This document shows, in pieces, positions 27,278 through 40,900 of a DNA stretch of 64,000 nt (its first letter is position 1; each line of letters opens with the position of its first letter). Both the position numbers and the translations under genes were made by a program. The notes below the pieces were generated by a model, which was not told the DNA's origin, searched no databases, and worked only from the letters and a program-made list of their open reading frames with translations. Source of the DNA: Heptranchias perlo. Lineage: Eukaryota. The stretch spans positions 4,774,001 to 4,838,000 of the forward strand of contig NC_090364.1 of the NCBI RefSeq assembly GCF_035084215.1, given 5' to 3'.

Positions 27278-27483
27278 GGGACCGGGGCCTCGGGCGGGGG
27301 TCGGGCACGGGACCGGGACCGGGGCCTCGGGCGGGGGTCGGGCACGGGACCGGGACCGGGGCCTCGGGCGGGGGTCGGGCACGGACCCGGGACCGGGACC
27401 GGGACCGGGGCCTCGGGCGGGGGTCGGGCACGGACCCGGGACCGGGGCCTCGGGCGGGGGTCGGGCACGGACCTGGGCCTCGG
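27278..27483. repeat. ~33-50-bp GC-rich tandem repeat (GGGGCCTCGGGCGGGGGTCGGGCACGG[GACCGG]n) at the CHMP2A 5' end
   Basis: Five units, each with a GGGCGG box, inside the CpG island. Confidence 0.9.
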
Positions 27484-27499
27484 TTCCTCGATCCGCCGG

Positions 27500-27620
27500 T
27501 TTCTTCCCCTGACTCCGGCCCGCGCCGCACTTCCTGTTATTGTCGGTGACGTCACGCCGACCTACCGGCGGCCAATCAGAAATCGCGGTCCGAAGGTGAC
27601 GTAATCTGATCGCGTCATCG
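27500..27620 (-). promoter_or_regulatory. CpG-island promoter of CHMP2A
   Basis: ETS motif CACTTCCTG at 27528, full CRE TGACGTCA at 27547-27554, CCAAT at 27572 and a second CRE-like TGACGTAA at 27597. It lies upstream of the first coding exon (acceptor at 26032). Confidence 0.75.
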
Positions 27621-27704
27621 CACCCATGACGACATCGCCCCGGGCTGGGGGGGTCGGATGGTGACGGAAGGGACACCAGCACTGCCGGCTCTATAGTGAC
27701 AGCT

Positions 27705-29180
27705 TGCACCAGGATAGTGAGAGTGCACACCAGCACTGCCTGCACCAGGATAGTGCACACCAGCACTGCCTGCACCAGGATAGTGCACACCAGCACTGCC
27801 TGCACCAGGATAGTGCACACCAGCACTGCCTGCACCAGGATAGTGCACACCAGCACTGCCTGCACCAGGATAGTGAGAGTGCACACCAGCACTGCCTGCA
27901 CCAGAATAGTGCACACCAGCACTGCCTGCACCAGGATAGTGAGAGTGCACACCAGCACTGCCTGCACCAGGATAGTGCACACCAGCACTGCCTGCACCAG
28001 GATAGTGAGAGTGCACACCAGCACTGCCTGCACCAGAATAGTGCACACCAGCACTGCCTGCACCAGGATAGTGAGAGTGCACACCAGCACTGCCTGCACC
28101 AGGATAGTGCACACCAGCACTGCCTGCACCAGGATAGTGAGAGTGCACACCAGCACTGCCTGCACCAGGATAGTGAGAGTGCACACCAGCACTGCCTGCA
28201 CCAGAATAGTGCACACCAGCACTGCCTGCACCAGGATAGTGAGAGTGCACACCAGCACTGCCTGCACCAGGATAGTGAGAGTGCACACCAGCACTGCCTG
28301 CACCAGGATAGTGCACACCAGCACTGCCTGCACCAGGATAGTGAGAGTGCACACCAGCACTGCCTGCACCAGAATAGTGCACACCAGCACTGCCTGCACC
28401 AGGATAGTGAGAGTGCACACCAGCACTGCCTGCACCAGGATAGTGCACACCAGCACTGCCTGCACCAGGATAGTGAGAGTGCACACCAGCACTGCCTGCA
28501 CCAGGATAGTGAGAATGCACACCAGCACTGCCTGCACCAGGATTGTGCACACCAGCACTGCCTGCACCAGAATAGTGCACACCAGCACTGCCTGCACCAG
28601 GATTGTGCACACCAGCACTGCCTGCACCAGAATAGTGCACACCAGCACTGCCTGCACCAGGATAGTGCACATCAGCACTACCTGCACCAGGATAGTGATG
28701 GTGCACACCAGCACTGCCTGCACCATTGTATTATGTGCCAACGCCACCTGCACTAGGATAGTGACAGAAGGGGGGCACCAGCTCTGGCTGCACCAGAATA
28801 GTAACAGTGTGCACCAGCACTACTTCTACCAGGATAGTGACAAAGTGCACCAGCAGCACCTGCACCAGGAATAATGACTGCACACGAGCAGCGTTTGCAC
28901 TAGAATAGTGACAGCTTGCAATAGTACCGCCTGCACCAGGATAGTGAAAGAGAGGGTACAAACACTGTCTGCTAAGGATAGTGTCAGAGGGGGAATCCGC
29001 ACCGCCTGCACCAAGATAGTTACAGCGTGCGCCAGCAGCGTCTGCACCTGAAAAGTGACAGAGGGGGCACCATCACCCGCTGCAGGAGGATAGTGACAAA
29101 GGGTACACACCAACACTGCCTACAGCAGGATAGTGGCAGATGGGCCACTGGCATTGCCAGCAACAGAATAGTGACAGTGT
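27705..29180. repeat. 30/36-bp minisatellite (TGCACCAGGATAG[TGAGAG]TGCACACCAGCACTGCC), ~31 homogeneous units to ~28725, degenerate to ~29180
   Basis: Read directly. Unit lengths are multiples of 3, which creates spurious long ORFs on both strands. Confidence 0.97.
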
Positions 29181-31987
29181 TCACAGCCGACGACAGGTAC
29201 TGGGGGGTTTATCTGAAACAAGCCACTAAACGCTGGAAACACTCAGCAAGTTAGGCAACATTCATTGAAAAAATATAAGGCTGTTGACATTTCGGGTATA
29301 AACCCTACCTGAGAACTTAAAAGATATTACAGATGAAACGGATTTAAGAAAGAATGGAACAGGGGAGGGGGATTACTATTACTCGGCGAATGCTGCCTGG
29401 CCTACTGAATGTCTCCAACATTTTATTGTTTTGTTTCAGATTTCTGACACCTGCAGCATTTTACGTTTTGTTCTTTCTGGAGGGTTGTCAGTGAGTTTGG
29501 AACTGTACGCTTGCACTTTCAATAAAGGAGACAATAAAAAAATATTTTAAATGCCCCAAAACTCAAAGCCAACCAACCTGGTAGTCCTGGATCAAAGTAA
29601 ACTTTGATGAACAAAATAGCTAACTCGCCTTCAGTCTTGTTAACAAGTTTTAATTTTTTCTCTCTCAGTAAATTATCTCATTTGTTGTGTTCTGAATCGT
29701 TAACTCTGTTTCTCTCTCCACAGATGCTGCCCGTCCTGCTGAGTGTTTCTAGCATTTCCTGTTTTTATTTTATCTATGGTGTGTTGGTTTCAAATTGGGG
29801 CGAATCCTTAAGGATCTCAACATCGAATCTGGAATAAGTTAACTGCAATTTCTTTTATTGAAATACAGTATATTCTCCTGAAACATTAACATATTGTGCC
29901 AATGTGCAGGTATTGTGAATAAAACACACAAACTTAAAACAGGTACAGTTTTTTAAAAAGAAGAATCATATATCTGAGTAAGTTTTTGGAGAAATTGTTT
30001 TAAATAACCATATTCAGGCCAAATAAATCAGTGCTGTCAAACCCCCAGAGTACAAAAGAAGCTTATTAACACAGGGGAGATATGGCACTGTGTGTGTGTG
30101 TGTGTGTCTCTATACCAAGCAAATGATGGGGAAAATGCAAAAAAGCACACAGCATCCAATTCGCCCAGCAGACGCTGTGATCAGCGATTTCCACTCATCA
30201 GGCACCAGGGGGCTTGAGAAACTTCTGATACAAGACCCACCACATGTATTTAATTTTAGCAGCGAAAGTTATCTTGCATTTAAAAGGACAGGGTACAAAT
30301 TTAATGAGGTTCTTTGCCTTATGCCAGTCGCAGGTGTAGCATGTCTGCATGGGATCTAAAGTACCTCGCCAGTCCCAGGTGCAGTTTAAAATGTCCAAGG
30401 TAACAAAATGCGGTAGGAGCTAACAAGCAGTTTTCCCCAGTCTTCTCTGCAGGTGTTGACATAGTCCCGTATGCATCAGTTCCAAGTGGCTATGGTGTGA
30501 ACGTCAGGGGGCTATTTGACCACCGATAGCATGGCAGCCAAGCCCAATGCTGACCTGTCCCATGCCAACATCCTCATGCATGCACAGCCGAAGGAACAAT
30601 GGCTGATTTCTCTTCTCTCACCCCCACCCAAAGCTCAGTCAGGGGTGCTCAGCTCAATTGTAACGCCCCCAACTTCCACGCCTGCTGGGATCCGCCAATT
30701 CAGCACAGGCCAAGCGTCAAACTTGGGAGCTCCCTTTATGGCACAGTGCTAGACCTGCAGGGCAAAGGCAGACGTTTATTTGAACGATCGCTGAGCGAGT
30801 TGAAGCGAAATGAGCAGGCAGAATAAAAGGCAGGAGCAGGTTACATTTAAAGGGTTAGTTAGATGTCACCGAGTTTTTTTTATTATCTTTGAAATAAATT
30901 GGTCAGTAAAAATGAAACATCACAGATTGGGTGAAATCTCTTAAATTAAAACTGAATCAGGAGTTATTTTTAAACATTCAGCTGAATACACCAACATCAG
31001 AATAACTCGGTGATATGGAAACACATGTGTTCATGACCAGCACGAGGTGGGAGTAAGATGTCCAAATATATAAGCACTTTTTGTTTTAAGAGGCAGCCCT
31101 GCTTTGCAGTTACGTTGCATAAACATGCACTCCTACATAAGAGAGTTAGCAAAATGATCGTTTATATTTACAGCCGGACAGCTTGGAGGAAAGTAACGGT
31201 GTGACCTTTACAGGAGCTGCATTGGCGAGGCAACACGGTAAACTGAGCTAACGAACAAACACTCCCGGTATTGGAAGGGTGGAGTGGGAGCCAGTAATCT
31301 GCAGACGGTACATGTATGAAGTGAAAACTATACTTATTAACATTCTAATACACAGTCAAGAAAAATAACCTACTACAGAAACAAAATGGGAGGGAACTTT
31401 TCATTTAAAAAAAAACTATACAACTTAATGAACAGGCAAAACATTCAAACAGATTAGACGCAGCATTACATTGACGTGTGTCTCTCTCTCTCCAGCTCCA
31501 ACTGGCACCTTCTTCCCTTACAGCAAAGCAATGGCGTCCTGCATGTTTTTCACCCACAGCAGAGGCGATGGGACCAGAAAAGTGAGGGGGGGGGGGTGGG
31601 GCAAAAATATTCCAGAGACACTTAAAAAACTTTTATTAACATAAAGACGGCAGCACTCCTCAAGTGAAATACATTTACAATAAATTTAATTGAGGGGGGA
31701 GGGGGGGGGGGGGGAAACCAGAACTATTTCGAACTTCCTGGCATGCTCTAGAGCTATTACAACAATCAAGCAGTCCTCTTTTTTTTAATTCCAATTCGAT
31801 TTTCTTCCTGTGGCAATATGCTGAGGGGTGTAAGTGGGAAACGCCTCCTCATTCACTTTATATCCCTCCTGCTTTCGGTTGAGTTTTTTTAATGTTTTTA
31901 TATATTTAAGTATGTCAGATTTCTTTTTCTCCATTTTTCTCTCTCTCGCTCTCTCTCTCTCTGGCTTCAGTTTGTATGCTCTGGGCC

Positions 31988-34900
31988 CTATTTAAGGCAT
32001 CGCTCGAAGTAAGTGGAGCCAATGTAGCCGCCCCGCATGGATCGCTGCACGTTTTGCTCGAACAGGCGTCTGTTGTTCTGAAGGACCTCTGCTGCTTCCT
32101 TGTTCAGGGGGTCCTCAGGGTTAGGTTCCTGAGAGCAAAAAAAAAAAAGATTTTTTTAAAAAAAAAATCTACCCCTGGCTTTGTCCACAGAAAGTCAGGA
32201 CAGAGCGAATTCCTCTCCGAGCGCAGCTGTGATGCTGTGGGCACAGTCCCCACCGCTTATGGCGGGCGCACTCGCGTGGACGTGATTTGCCCACTATACA
32301 CGATGGCCGGTGAGACGGACATGACATCGGGTGACTCGGGAGTGCTGGGAAAAAGTTAGGATTTGCTGGACTCCTGTCAGCTGAGTGAGAGGTGCTCTTA
32401 GCTTTCATCGCCGCGCCTAGTGTAAGATGCATGTTCTGCTAGTTTTTCTTAAGAGATTTCGGTAAATTCTCTACTTGTCCCTGGAAATACCTCCCCTTGA
32501 AGGGTATTTGTGGCTTCTATAGGAATGATGCTGAACATGACCATCCAGCCTGCAGAGCAGCGTAACAAAAATCCGAGAACTCAGTGGCTGTTTCTGCCCG
32601 AGATAAACAGAGCACTCGAGATGCTTTAACCGGCAACTTTGAAACTGACGTTAATGCAAATGGCTAATAGTTATTGCCTTTTGGCCCATATAAGTGACTG
32701 GCTGTTTTAAACCTGGACGTTGTAAGTGGTGGGGACTGTATAGGTGAGAGGAGAGTAGAAATCACCATCTAGTGGCAGGAGTTTGCAGCTGCAGGCGTGA
32801 CAGTGTCACAGACTGATGATGCCCAAATAAGGAGTGCATGACATACAGAGCAAATTTATTATAGATTACACAGAGAGAGAAAAAAAAATCAATAGCTGTA
32901 ATAGAACCAGTCTTTCACCAGTCCTGGCCAACAGCACCCGAACCGAGGCTCAACCACTCGTACAGAGCAGGGGTGTTTTACTACGTTAAAGGCGCTATAT
33001 AAATGCAAGTTGTTGGGTCCAACCTGTGGCCCATGAGCCCTGTCAATCCGTTCCCTGAAACAAGGAAAACTCAATTCTATTTGCAGTTATATTTCTCACA
33101 GGTTGGTTTGTCTCATTCGAATCTCATCGGCCCGGAGGTTTGGAGAGGGATTAGCATTATTTCCTCACTGGTGGATAAACCCCAATCAGAGCACCAAAGA
33201 ACTGCTACGATGCACAGCTTCAGATGTGTCGTTAATGGGAGTATTGATACGCGGCCCATGGTAAGCACCCTAGTGGCCAACAAATGCAACAAGCTTGGAT
33301 GCTCCCGGTGTAAAAGTGTGACTGACAAATGTAGTGGCAGAAAATTGAGCTTGTAGTGGTTTGTCCACTTACCAAAAACAGGTACTGCAGCCCATAAATT
33401 ATAGAGTTTATTGTTAATACAGGTTTCCAGTCCTCTCTGTGCAAGAAAACAGAAGGAGAATTAAAGAAACAGTCAGATACTGTTTGTACAATTATGCAGC
33501 AAGTGACCCGGACCCTATTGAATATGCAGCAATTCTATTGTTACGCAGCAAATGACCCTTACCTGACCGAATAAACAGCAACGCGTAATCCTTACCTGCT
33601 TAACGGATACGCAATCATACAGCGAGTAACCCCTACCTTGCTGAAATAAGCATCGACTCAGTACAAGTGACCAATGCAAAGTAACTGGCCTTTTAAAAGG
33701 CCCGATGGCTTCTAGAATTTGATTTTGCAAAACTTAAGAGTTCAGGGTTGGTAGCTAAAGATTCAAAAGGCTCAAGAACAAATAAGAGTGGTGTTTATTT
33801 TATTTTTATTTTATTTTAAAGTGATTAAATGTTTTGAGCAGTATTGAATGCGTGAACACACTGCATCATTGAGTGGTTGGCTCCCCCACCCCCCCACCAA
33901 CCCCGTGATGATCTGGTCATCAGAGGAGCTTCTATGCAGAGAAGAGTGATGTCTAAGGGGCTGGTTTATGAGCAGCTCTGATAGGAGCCTGGTATCTTGA
34001 TTGGTCTGCTCGCACCTTCAACCTAAGAGTTACACAGGAGAAAAAAACAAATCCAACCAGCACTGAGGAGATGGAGGTACTTTATCCAATCACCTCCCAT
34101 CTGCTGACATGTTTTTATTTATGGCATAGTTCAATATAAAACGCAAATTCCCCAATGCTCGTCTCCCACCACTGCAGAGGCTATGGCCATCAATGAAGGT
34201 CAGGCTGCCTCAGTCTGGTGAGAGACCAGGACAGTAGCAATACCAGCAAATCTAGAACCTACAATCCAGGACCAGACTTCTTGGGACTAGCAGAAATATC
34301 ACAGGCTTGTTGCAAGGATTCCACCAAACCAACAGGTCTCCAATCATACAGAGGAGGAGCACCGCCAACCGTCAGCTCATCCTAGCAAAAGAGGAGCAAC
34401 TTTCATATTTCTGACTCTCATAAAACCTTCGGATCAACGGATTCCAGAACAGTGCGAGTCAGAGGCGTCCCCATGCTGCTGTGTTGAGAGGGAGCTGCAG
34501 TGCAACCCGTGAGCAACTTCCACCCACCTCAGTCAGTCAGTCAGTCCACCCAAGGGTCTGACGGGTCTAACTGCGAGGCACGGGGATGCTAGTGCTTGAA
34601 CTGAAAACCGGGAGTCCAGCTACACATCTTGCGTCAACGAGCTGCCTCGCGTAACGTAGCCTGCGACGCGCACACACCACACAGACACATTTACGCCACA
34701 ACCTTTCCCACAGGATGACAAGTTCAGATACGTCCTACAACTGAAACAGACAAGCAACAGCCGCAGCGCCCGAGATGCGATGCAAGCAGCCCACTCCTGC
34801 GATCTGATCTCTGCCTACCTGAGGATGTTTAGACAAACGTTGCCTTCTAAATCGATGTTTGGGTGATACACCATGGTTTCACATTTCACCTTTGGAGGAT

Positions 34901-37900
34901 CATGCGGATATCCTTGTCCAACCTGGAAAACATACAGATACGCACACACAAGAGCGTCCGAGCGTTACCCAACATGTCCAAGAGTGCCGGGAACTCTTTA
35001 TGCTGATGAACAGAGTCACACCAGTCACTTGGCTGCATTATTTTTTGTTGGGGAGGCAGACTTTTGTTGAAATTGGCGGGAATCGTATTCTCAAACCCTG
35101 CCGAAAGCAAAGAAACATTGGAACGCTAAAAGTAGCGAGAAATTCCTGAAAGCTGAGCCCATCCACAGTCTTGAACAACCTTAAGACTGCAGTTTAAAAA
35201 CTGAAGTATACAGTTAAATCTTTTCAACAAACATTTCTCATGTTACAAAACTTCATAGCCATTTTTAGCCCCTCAGGTTGCAGAATGTGATAGGCTGTTG
35301 CCCTTCCAATGTGACATTCCCCTTCTACACAACTCTGATTGTAAAAATTTACAGTACTGACAGCACAGAGGAAAGCAGCGAGAGGCTCTAATTCAACCCT
35401 CCGGGATCCCTGCGCTCCTCCAATTCTGGCCTCTTGCGTACCCCCCCCCGATTTTCATCGCTCCACCATTGGCGGCCGTGCCTACAGCTGCCTAGGCCCC
35501 AAGCTCTAGAATTCCCTCCCTAAACCTCACTGCCTCTCTCCTTCTTTAAGACGCTCCTTAAAACCGACCTCTTTGACCAAGCTTCACCTGTCCTAATATT
35601 TTATGTGGTTCGGTGTCAAATTTTGTTTGGTAACGCTCCTGTGAAGTGCCTTTTACTATGTTAAAGGGGGCGTATAAATGCAAGTTGTTATTTTAAAGCT
35701 AGTTCAGTTTCTGACTGATCTCAGCTGGGGCAGCAATGGGCTGCTCCAAACAGCCACAGCGTCCTGCGGTTTGGGGGGAGGGGGGCAAATTAGCTCAGAT
35801 TCTCGGGCCCCATTATTATCCAATGACACCCGTTAGAAAGTATGTGTCTTTGAATGCTGGATTATTTGTATGTTTGTTATCAGTATGCGGGCATAGCTGG
35901 CGAGGTTATATTTATTGCCCGTCCCTAGTTGGCCTGAGAACCTGGTGGTGGGCTTTGTGCTAATGGTGCTCCCATGAGTGTTAGGTAGGGAATTCCAGGA
36001 TATCGACCCAGCGACGATGAAGGAACGGTGATATATGTCCAAGTCAGAATGGTGTTTGACTCGGAGGTGATGATGTTTTCACAACAGTGCTGCTCTGTCC
36101 TTCTCAGGGGTCGAGGTCTCGGGTGGTGGGGGGGTGGTGCTGTCGAACTAACCTTGATGAGTATCCTGTAGATCGGACACACTGCAGCCACCGTGCGCTG
36201 GTGGTGGAGGGGTGATACTGACGAAAACACACACTCGGGTTGGGCCGTGATGCCCTCCACAGTCAAACAGCACTGCTAACCATCTATCTGGCTCATACGC
36301 AGAGACTGGCCGCTTGAGTGAGGGAGTGTCTCTTGGAGCCTGTGGAACTGTACCCCAGCATGAGCAGCTCAGGATAAAGGGAGGGGTGAAAAATGGGTAA
36401 ATTAAAACAAAAGTTGTCTGTCAGTCACTGATATTGCACCTGACATCTCTCCACGAACATCCCATAAACACAGCTGGAGTAGCGACATCACAGTTTATCA
36501 ACTCCTTACACACAAGGTAAGCTGATGGCAAGCGTCTTGGTTTAAACTAAACCTACGTATAGCTGCAGAATGATTTGTATATTTGCTGCCTTTCTTCTCC
36601 CAAAAGTTTCCTTTGAACCCCCCCCTACCAACCAAAAAAAAATCCCGGTTACAGGGGAGGGAGTGCTATATTAAAACCACTGGTCTGGAACAAACAGTAA
36701 TGTGCTGAAATCAAGCACGGTGGGATCAAACCATAAATATCAGGCAAGACTAGCATTGTGCTGTTTCCTTGTAGAGTTCAACGCACAAGCACTATAGTTC
36801 CCAAAGCAAGCTCGAGAGCAGGGAATCCAAAACTTGAGGCGTAAAAACTTGAGGTCTTTTAAGATTATGAAAGGGTTCGATAGGCTAGACATAGAGAAGA
36901 TGTTTCCAATCGTGGGGGAGACCAAAACAAGGGGTCATATAAATATGATAGTCACTAATAAATCCAATAGGGAATTCATGAGAAACTTCTTTACCCAGAG
37001 AGTGGTTAGAATGTGGAACTCGCTACCACATGGAGTAGTTGAGGCGAATAACATAGATGCATTTGAGGGGAAGTTAGATAAACACGAGGGAGAAAAGAAT
37101 AGAAGGATATGCTGATAAGGTGAGATGAAGAGCGGTGGGAAGAGGCTCATGTGGAGCATAAACATCGAAGTAGACCTGTTGACCTGTTTCTGTGCTGTAC
37201 ATTCTACATGACTGTAGTGCCCAATGCTGCTGCTGCCAGCCACTGCACCATTTTTAATATAACAGGGCTTGTACTCAAGTAAAACCGATGAGCTGCAGTC
37301 CAATTTGGAATCGCCTTCCTGTGCATAATGCAACTAGTCCAAAACGACACTGATTTCTGAGGTCAGAGCTCACTTACCTTAAAGCTAAACACAAATTTGC
37401 CTCCTTTATAGAACCCCTGAAAATGAAAAGAGCAAAAAGATTAAACCAGAAACAGTTACCAATGGCATTTAATGAGATTTCCAGGAAGCATCATGCCAGA
37501 TAAACGTACCAGAGCCACAATAAACAAATCCCCATCCTATTCACACAGTCACAGAATGTCACTGGACCTAAACCCATTTGTTGCTACTGTGCTGAATCCC
37601 AGTGAAGCAATCAACTTTCCATCAGATCGAATCCAAACGGACCAAATCCCTTCCAGTTTGTTCCCAATGTACAGAATCCCAACAGTCTAAACCCCTTCCC
37701 GTTCATCCCTGTTAGACAGAATGTCACTACCAGACCGTAGAAATGGCTTTGGACACTGCACAATGTTTAATGCCAAAGGCTCTACAGATCCTAAATGACT
37801 GCAGCACAGGGACTGGAAGCCGATGCGGCTTGTCCAATTCAACAGTGCTGGTACGTATGCCCTTCGGTGTGGAGTGGGTCTCCCGGTCCACCCTGAACTG

Positions 37901-40900
37901 AAGTGGGCTCCACTGTAACACAGACTATTAACATTCACCACTCTGTGACTGAAATTTTTAAACATCGATTATTATATTCAAAGATCTGCTGTAGACACGC
38001 AGCATTCACGTCTCGCTGTAACGCTTTTGGTGTCCAATATTAGACGTTGCAAATGCCTGTAATCAGTTGCAGTGGGAATTCCCTTTGTAAACAGGACCCG
38101 GTGATGTGTAATTGACAGCTACGGACACTAGGTGTAATTGTAGCTCCACTGTATCGCGTAACCTCACTGTGAGCTGTGCCTTGTGTGATCTACTAGTTGA
38201 AAAGATTAGGTAAAGGCTACCCCCACCCTCTCCCCCACCCACCTTCAAAGCTTAGACACACATCCCTCCCCCCACAAACAAGCCAATAACATCTGCTCAT
38301 CACTTACCTCATCCGGACAGATGAGAAGTTTGAAGTTGAGGAGGTCATCAGGATCTGGAAAAACTATCTCACAGGTTTTAGGTAAATTCAATTCATTTAT
38401 ATCTGAAAAACACAAGGAGACGGCAGTAAAGAACCGGATTATCAATTGGCGGGGCAGGGGGGGAAAGAGTGGGGAGTGGGGCAGACAAGACAAAGGAAAT
38501 CGCTGGATCTGACTCCAGAAATTTAGCCGCAACATGGCAATTTCCCATTGGTCCTTTTCAAATTTACCGTCACAGAAGTGTCAGCACAAATGGGGCACAG
38601 TGACGACAGGCCTCTCAAAGAAACTGGTTTTGCAATTCAATGCTCAACAAGCCTCTCTTTGTGTGACCGAACAAGTGCTGTACCTCTGGGCACGGGACTT
38701 ACACAAACCTGCCTTCCCGGTGAATTCAGATCCCATCTACTGAGTTAAGTGGGTGAGAAAATCTTGGATTTTACAGCACAGAAACAGGCCATTCGGCCAA
38801 ACTGGTTCACGGCCAGTGTTCACGCTCCAGATGAGCCTCCTCCCACTCTATTTACTTCATCTAACACTATCGGCATATCCTTCCATTCCTTTCTCCCCCA
38901 CGTGCTTATCTAGCTTCACCTTAAAGGCGTCTACGCTATTCGCCTCAACCGCTCCATGTGGGAGCGAGTTCCACGTTCTCACCACTCTCTGGGTAAAGAA
39001 GTTTCTCCTGAATTCCCTACTGGATTTAGTGAGCCACTCCCTGATTCAACCCCTCCTTTGTGGAGCAGTGAGATTTCCCCATCTCCACTCAACAACTCCC
39101 CAAAGCAGCCTGGCCGAGATAGGGAACTCGCTGTGAGCAAGGAATCCCAGGTGTCGATGTACGTCCCACCACCCAGGACACGGTGCGCATGCACCGCCCA
39201 CGTAGACCCTGTACCGTTTCTTTCCCCAATGCTAGGTAGACATTTATTCCATTAGTGTACGGTTTGAGAAGTTGCATGCTTATCCTGTGATCTCCTTAGC
39301 TCAGAGACACCTCCATCTGAGTCCACAAAGCGTTTTCACACACCAACCCAATTGAAAGTCACGAAATGAACTCTCGCTCTCCCCATATCTTTTTCCCTGT
39401 GCAATGGCTTGCAGCTTTCTGAACTCGCTTCAAGGACCTCTGCACCTTTTGGTGAGATCAGAAATTGGAGATACCCCAGAATGAATTATCACAACACTAA
39501 GGGGTTCATTCGAAGCAATCTATCAAAATTTCACTGCACTGTATCAATCAAGTTTGCCCTTGGAATTAAGGCTAAAGTCACTCCTTTACGATTCCTTTCT
39601 AAGCTCCCCAATGGCTCAGATAGTAAATGCACGACATGGTACCAGCCCTACAGGACAGAGGGTCCCAAAGTCAATTCCTCACCGGTGCAGAAGTAGCTGA
39701 TCGCCGTGCGGACAAGTTGGGGTGTAACAAGTGGCCTCCACTTGCACTTAGAATCATACAGCACAGAAGGAGGCCATTCGGCCCATCATGTCTGTGCCGG
39801 CTCTTTGAAAGAGCTATCCAAATAGTCCCACTCCCCCTGCTCTTTCCCCACAGCCCTGTAAATTTTTCCACATCAAGTATTTATCCAATTCCCTCTTGAA
39901 AGCTACTACTGAATCTGCTTCCACCATACTTTCAGGCAGATCATAACACCTCGCTGGGTAAAAAAAAATTCTCCTCATCTCCCCTCTGGTTCTTTTGCCA
40001 ATTATCTTAAATCTGTGTTCTCTGGTTACTGACCCTTCTGCCAATGGAAACAGTTTCTCCTTATTTACTCTATCAAAACCCTTCATGATTTTGAACACCT
40101 CTATCAAATCTCCCTTAACCTTCTCTGTTCTAAGGAGAACAACCCCAGATGTGGGCATCACCAACAAGGCCGTCCCTAGTTACCGGTTTTTGATACAACT
40201 GAATGATGTGGTCTAGCAAACCAGAGGGCAGTTAAGAGTCAACCACATTGGTGTGGGACTGGAGTCACTTGGAGGCCCAGACCGGGTAAGGACGGCAGGT
40301 TCCCCAAAAGGACTTTAGTGAACCAGTTGGGTTTTTACGACAGACGGCTTCATGCTCAGGGCAGTGTCCTAGGCCCAACCATCTTCAGCTGCTTCATCAA
40401 TGACCTTCCCTCCATCATAAGGTCAGAAATGGGGATGTTCGCTGATGACTGCACAGTGTTCAGTTCCATTCGCAACCCCTCAGATAATGAAGCAGTCCAA
40501 GCCTGCATGCAGCAAGACCTGGACAACATCCAGGCTTGGGCTCATAAGTGGCAAGTAACATTCGCGCCAGATAAGTGCCAGGCAATGACCATCTCCAACA
40601 AGAGAGTGTCTAACCACCTCCCCTTGACATTCAACGGCATTACCATCGCCGAATCCCCCATCAACATCCTGGGGGTCACCATTGACCAGAAACTTAACTG
40701 GACCAGCCATATAAATACTGTGGCTACGAGAGCAGGTCAGAGGCTGGGTATTCTGCGACGAGTGACTCACCTCCTGACTCCCCAAAGCCTTTCCACCATC
40801 TACAAGGCACAAGTCAGGAGTGTGATGGAATACTCTCCACTTGCCTGGATGAGTGCAGCTCCAACAACACTCAAGAAGCTCGACACCATCCAAGATAAAG

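Noticed and set aside
27053-28874. Long His/Cys-rich repetitive ORFs on both strands (up to 566 aa)
   Set aside because: Products of 30/36-bp minisatellite units. Plus-strand starts are GTG/TTG, and the nearby ATGs (27626, 27658) hit stops before the array.
33901-33960. C/D-box snoRNA-like segment (CCCC-GTGATGA...CTAA-GGGG)
   Set aside because: Antisense to the host gene UBE2M, and the D box is CTAA rather than CTGA.
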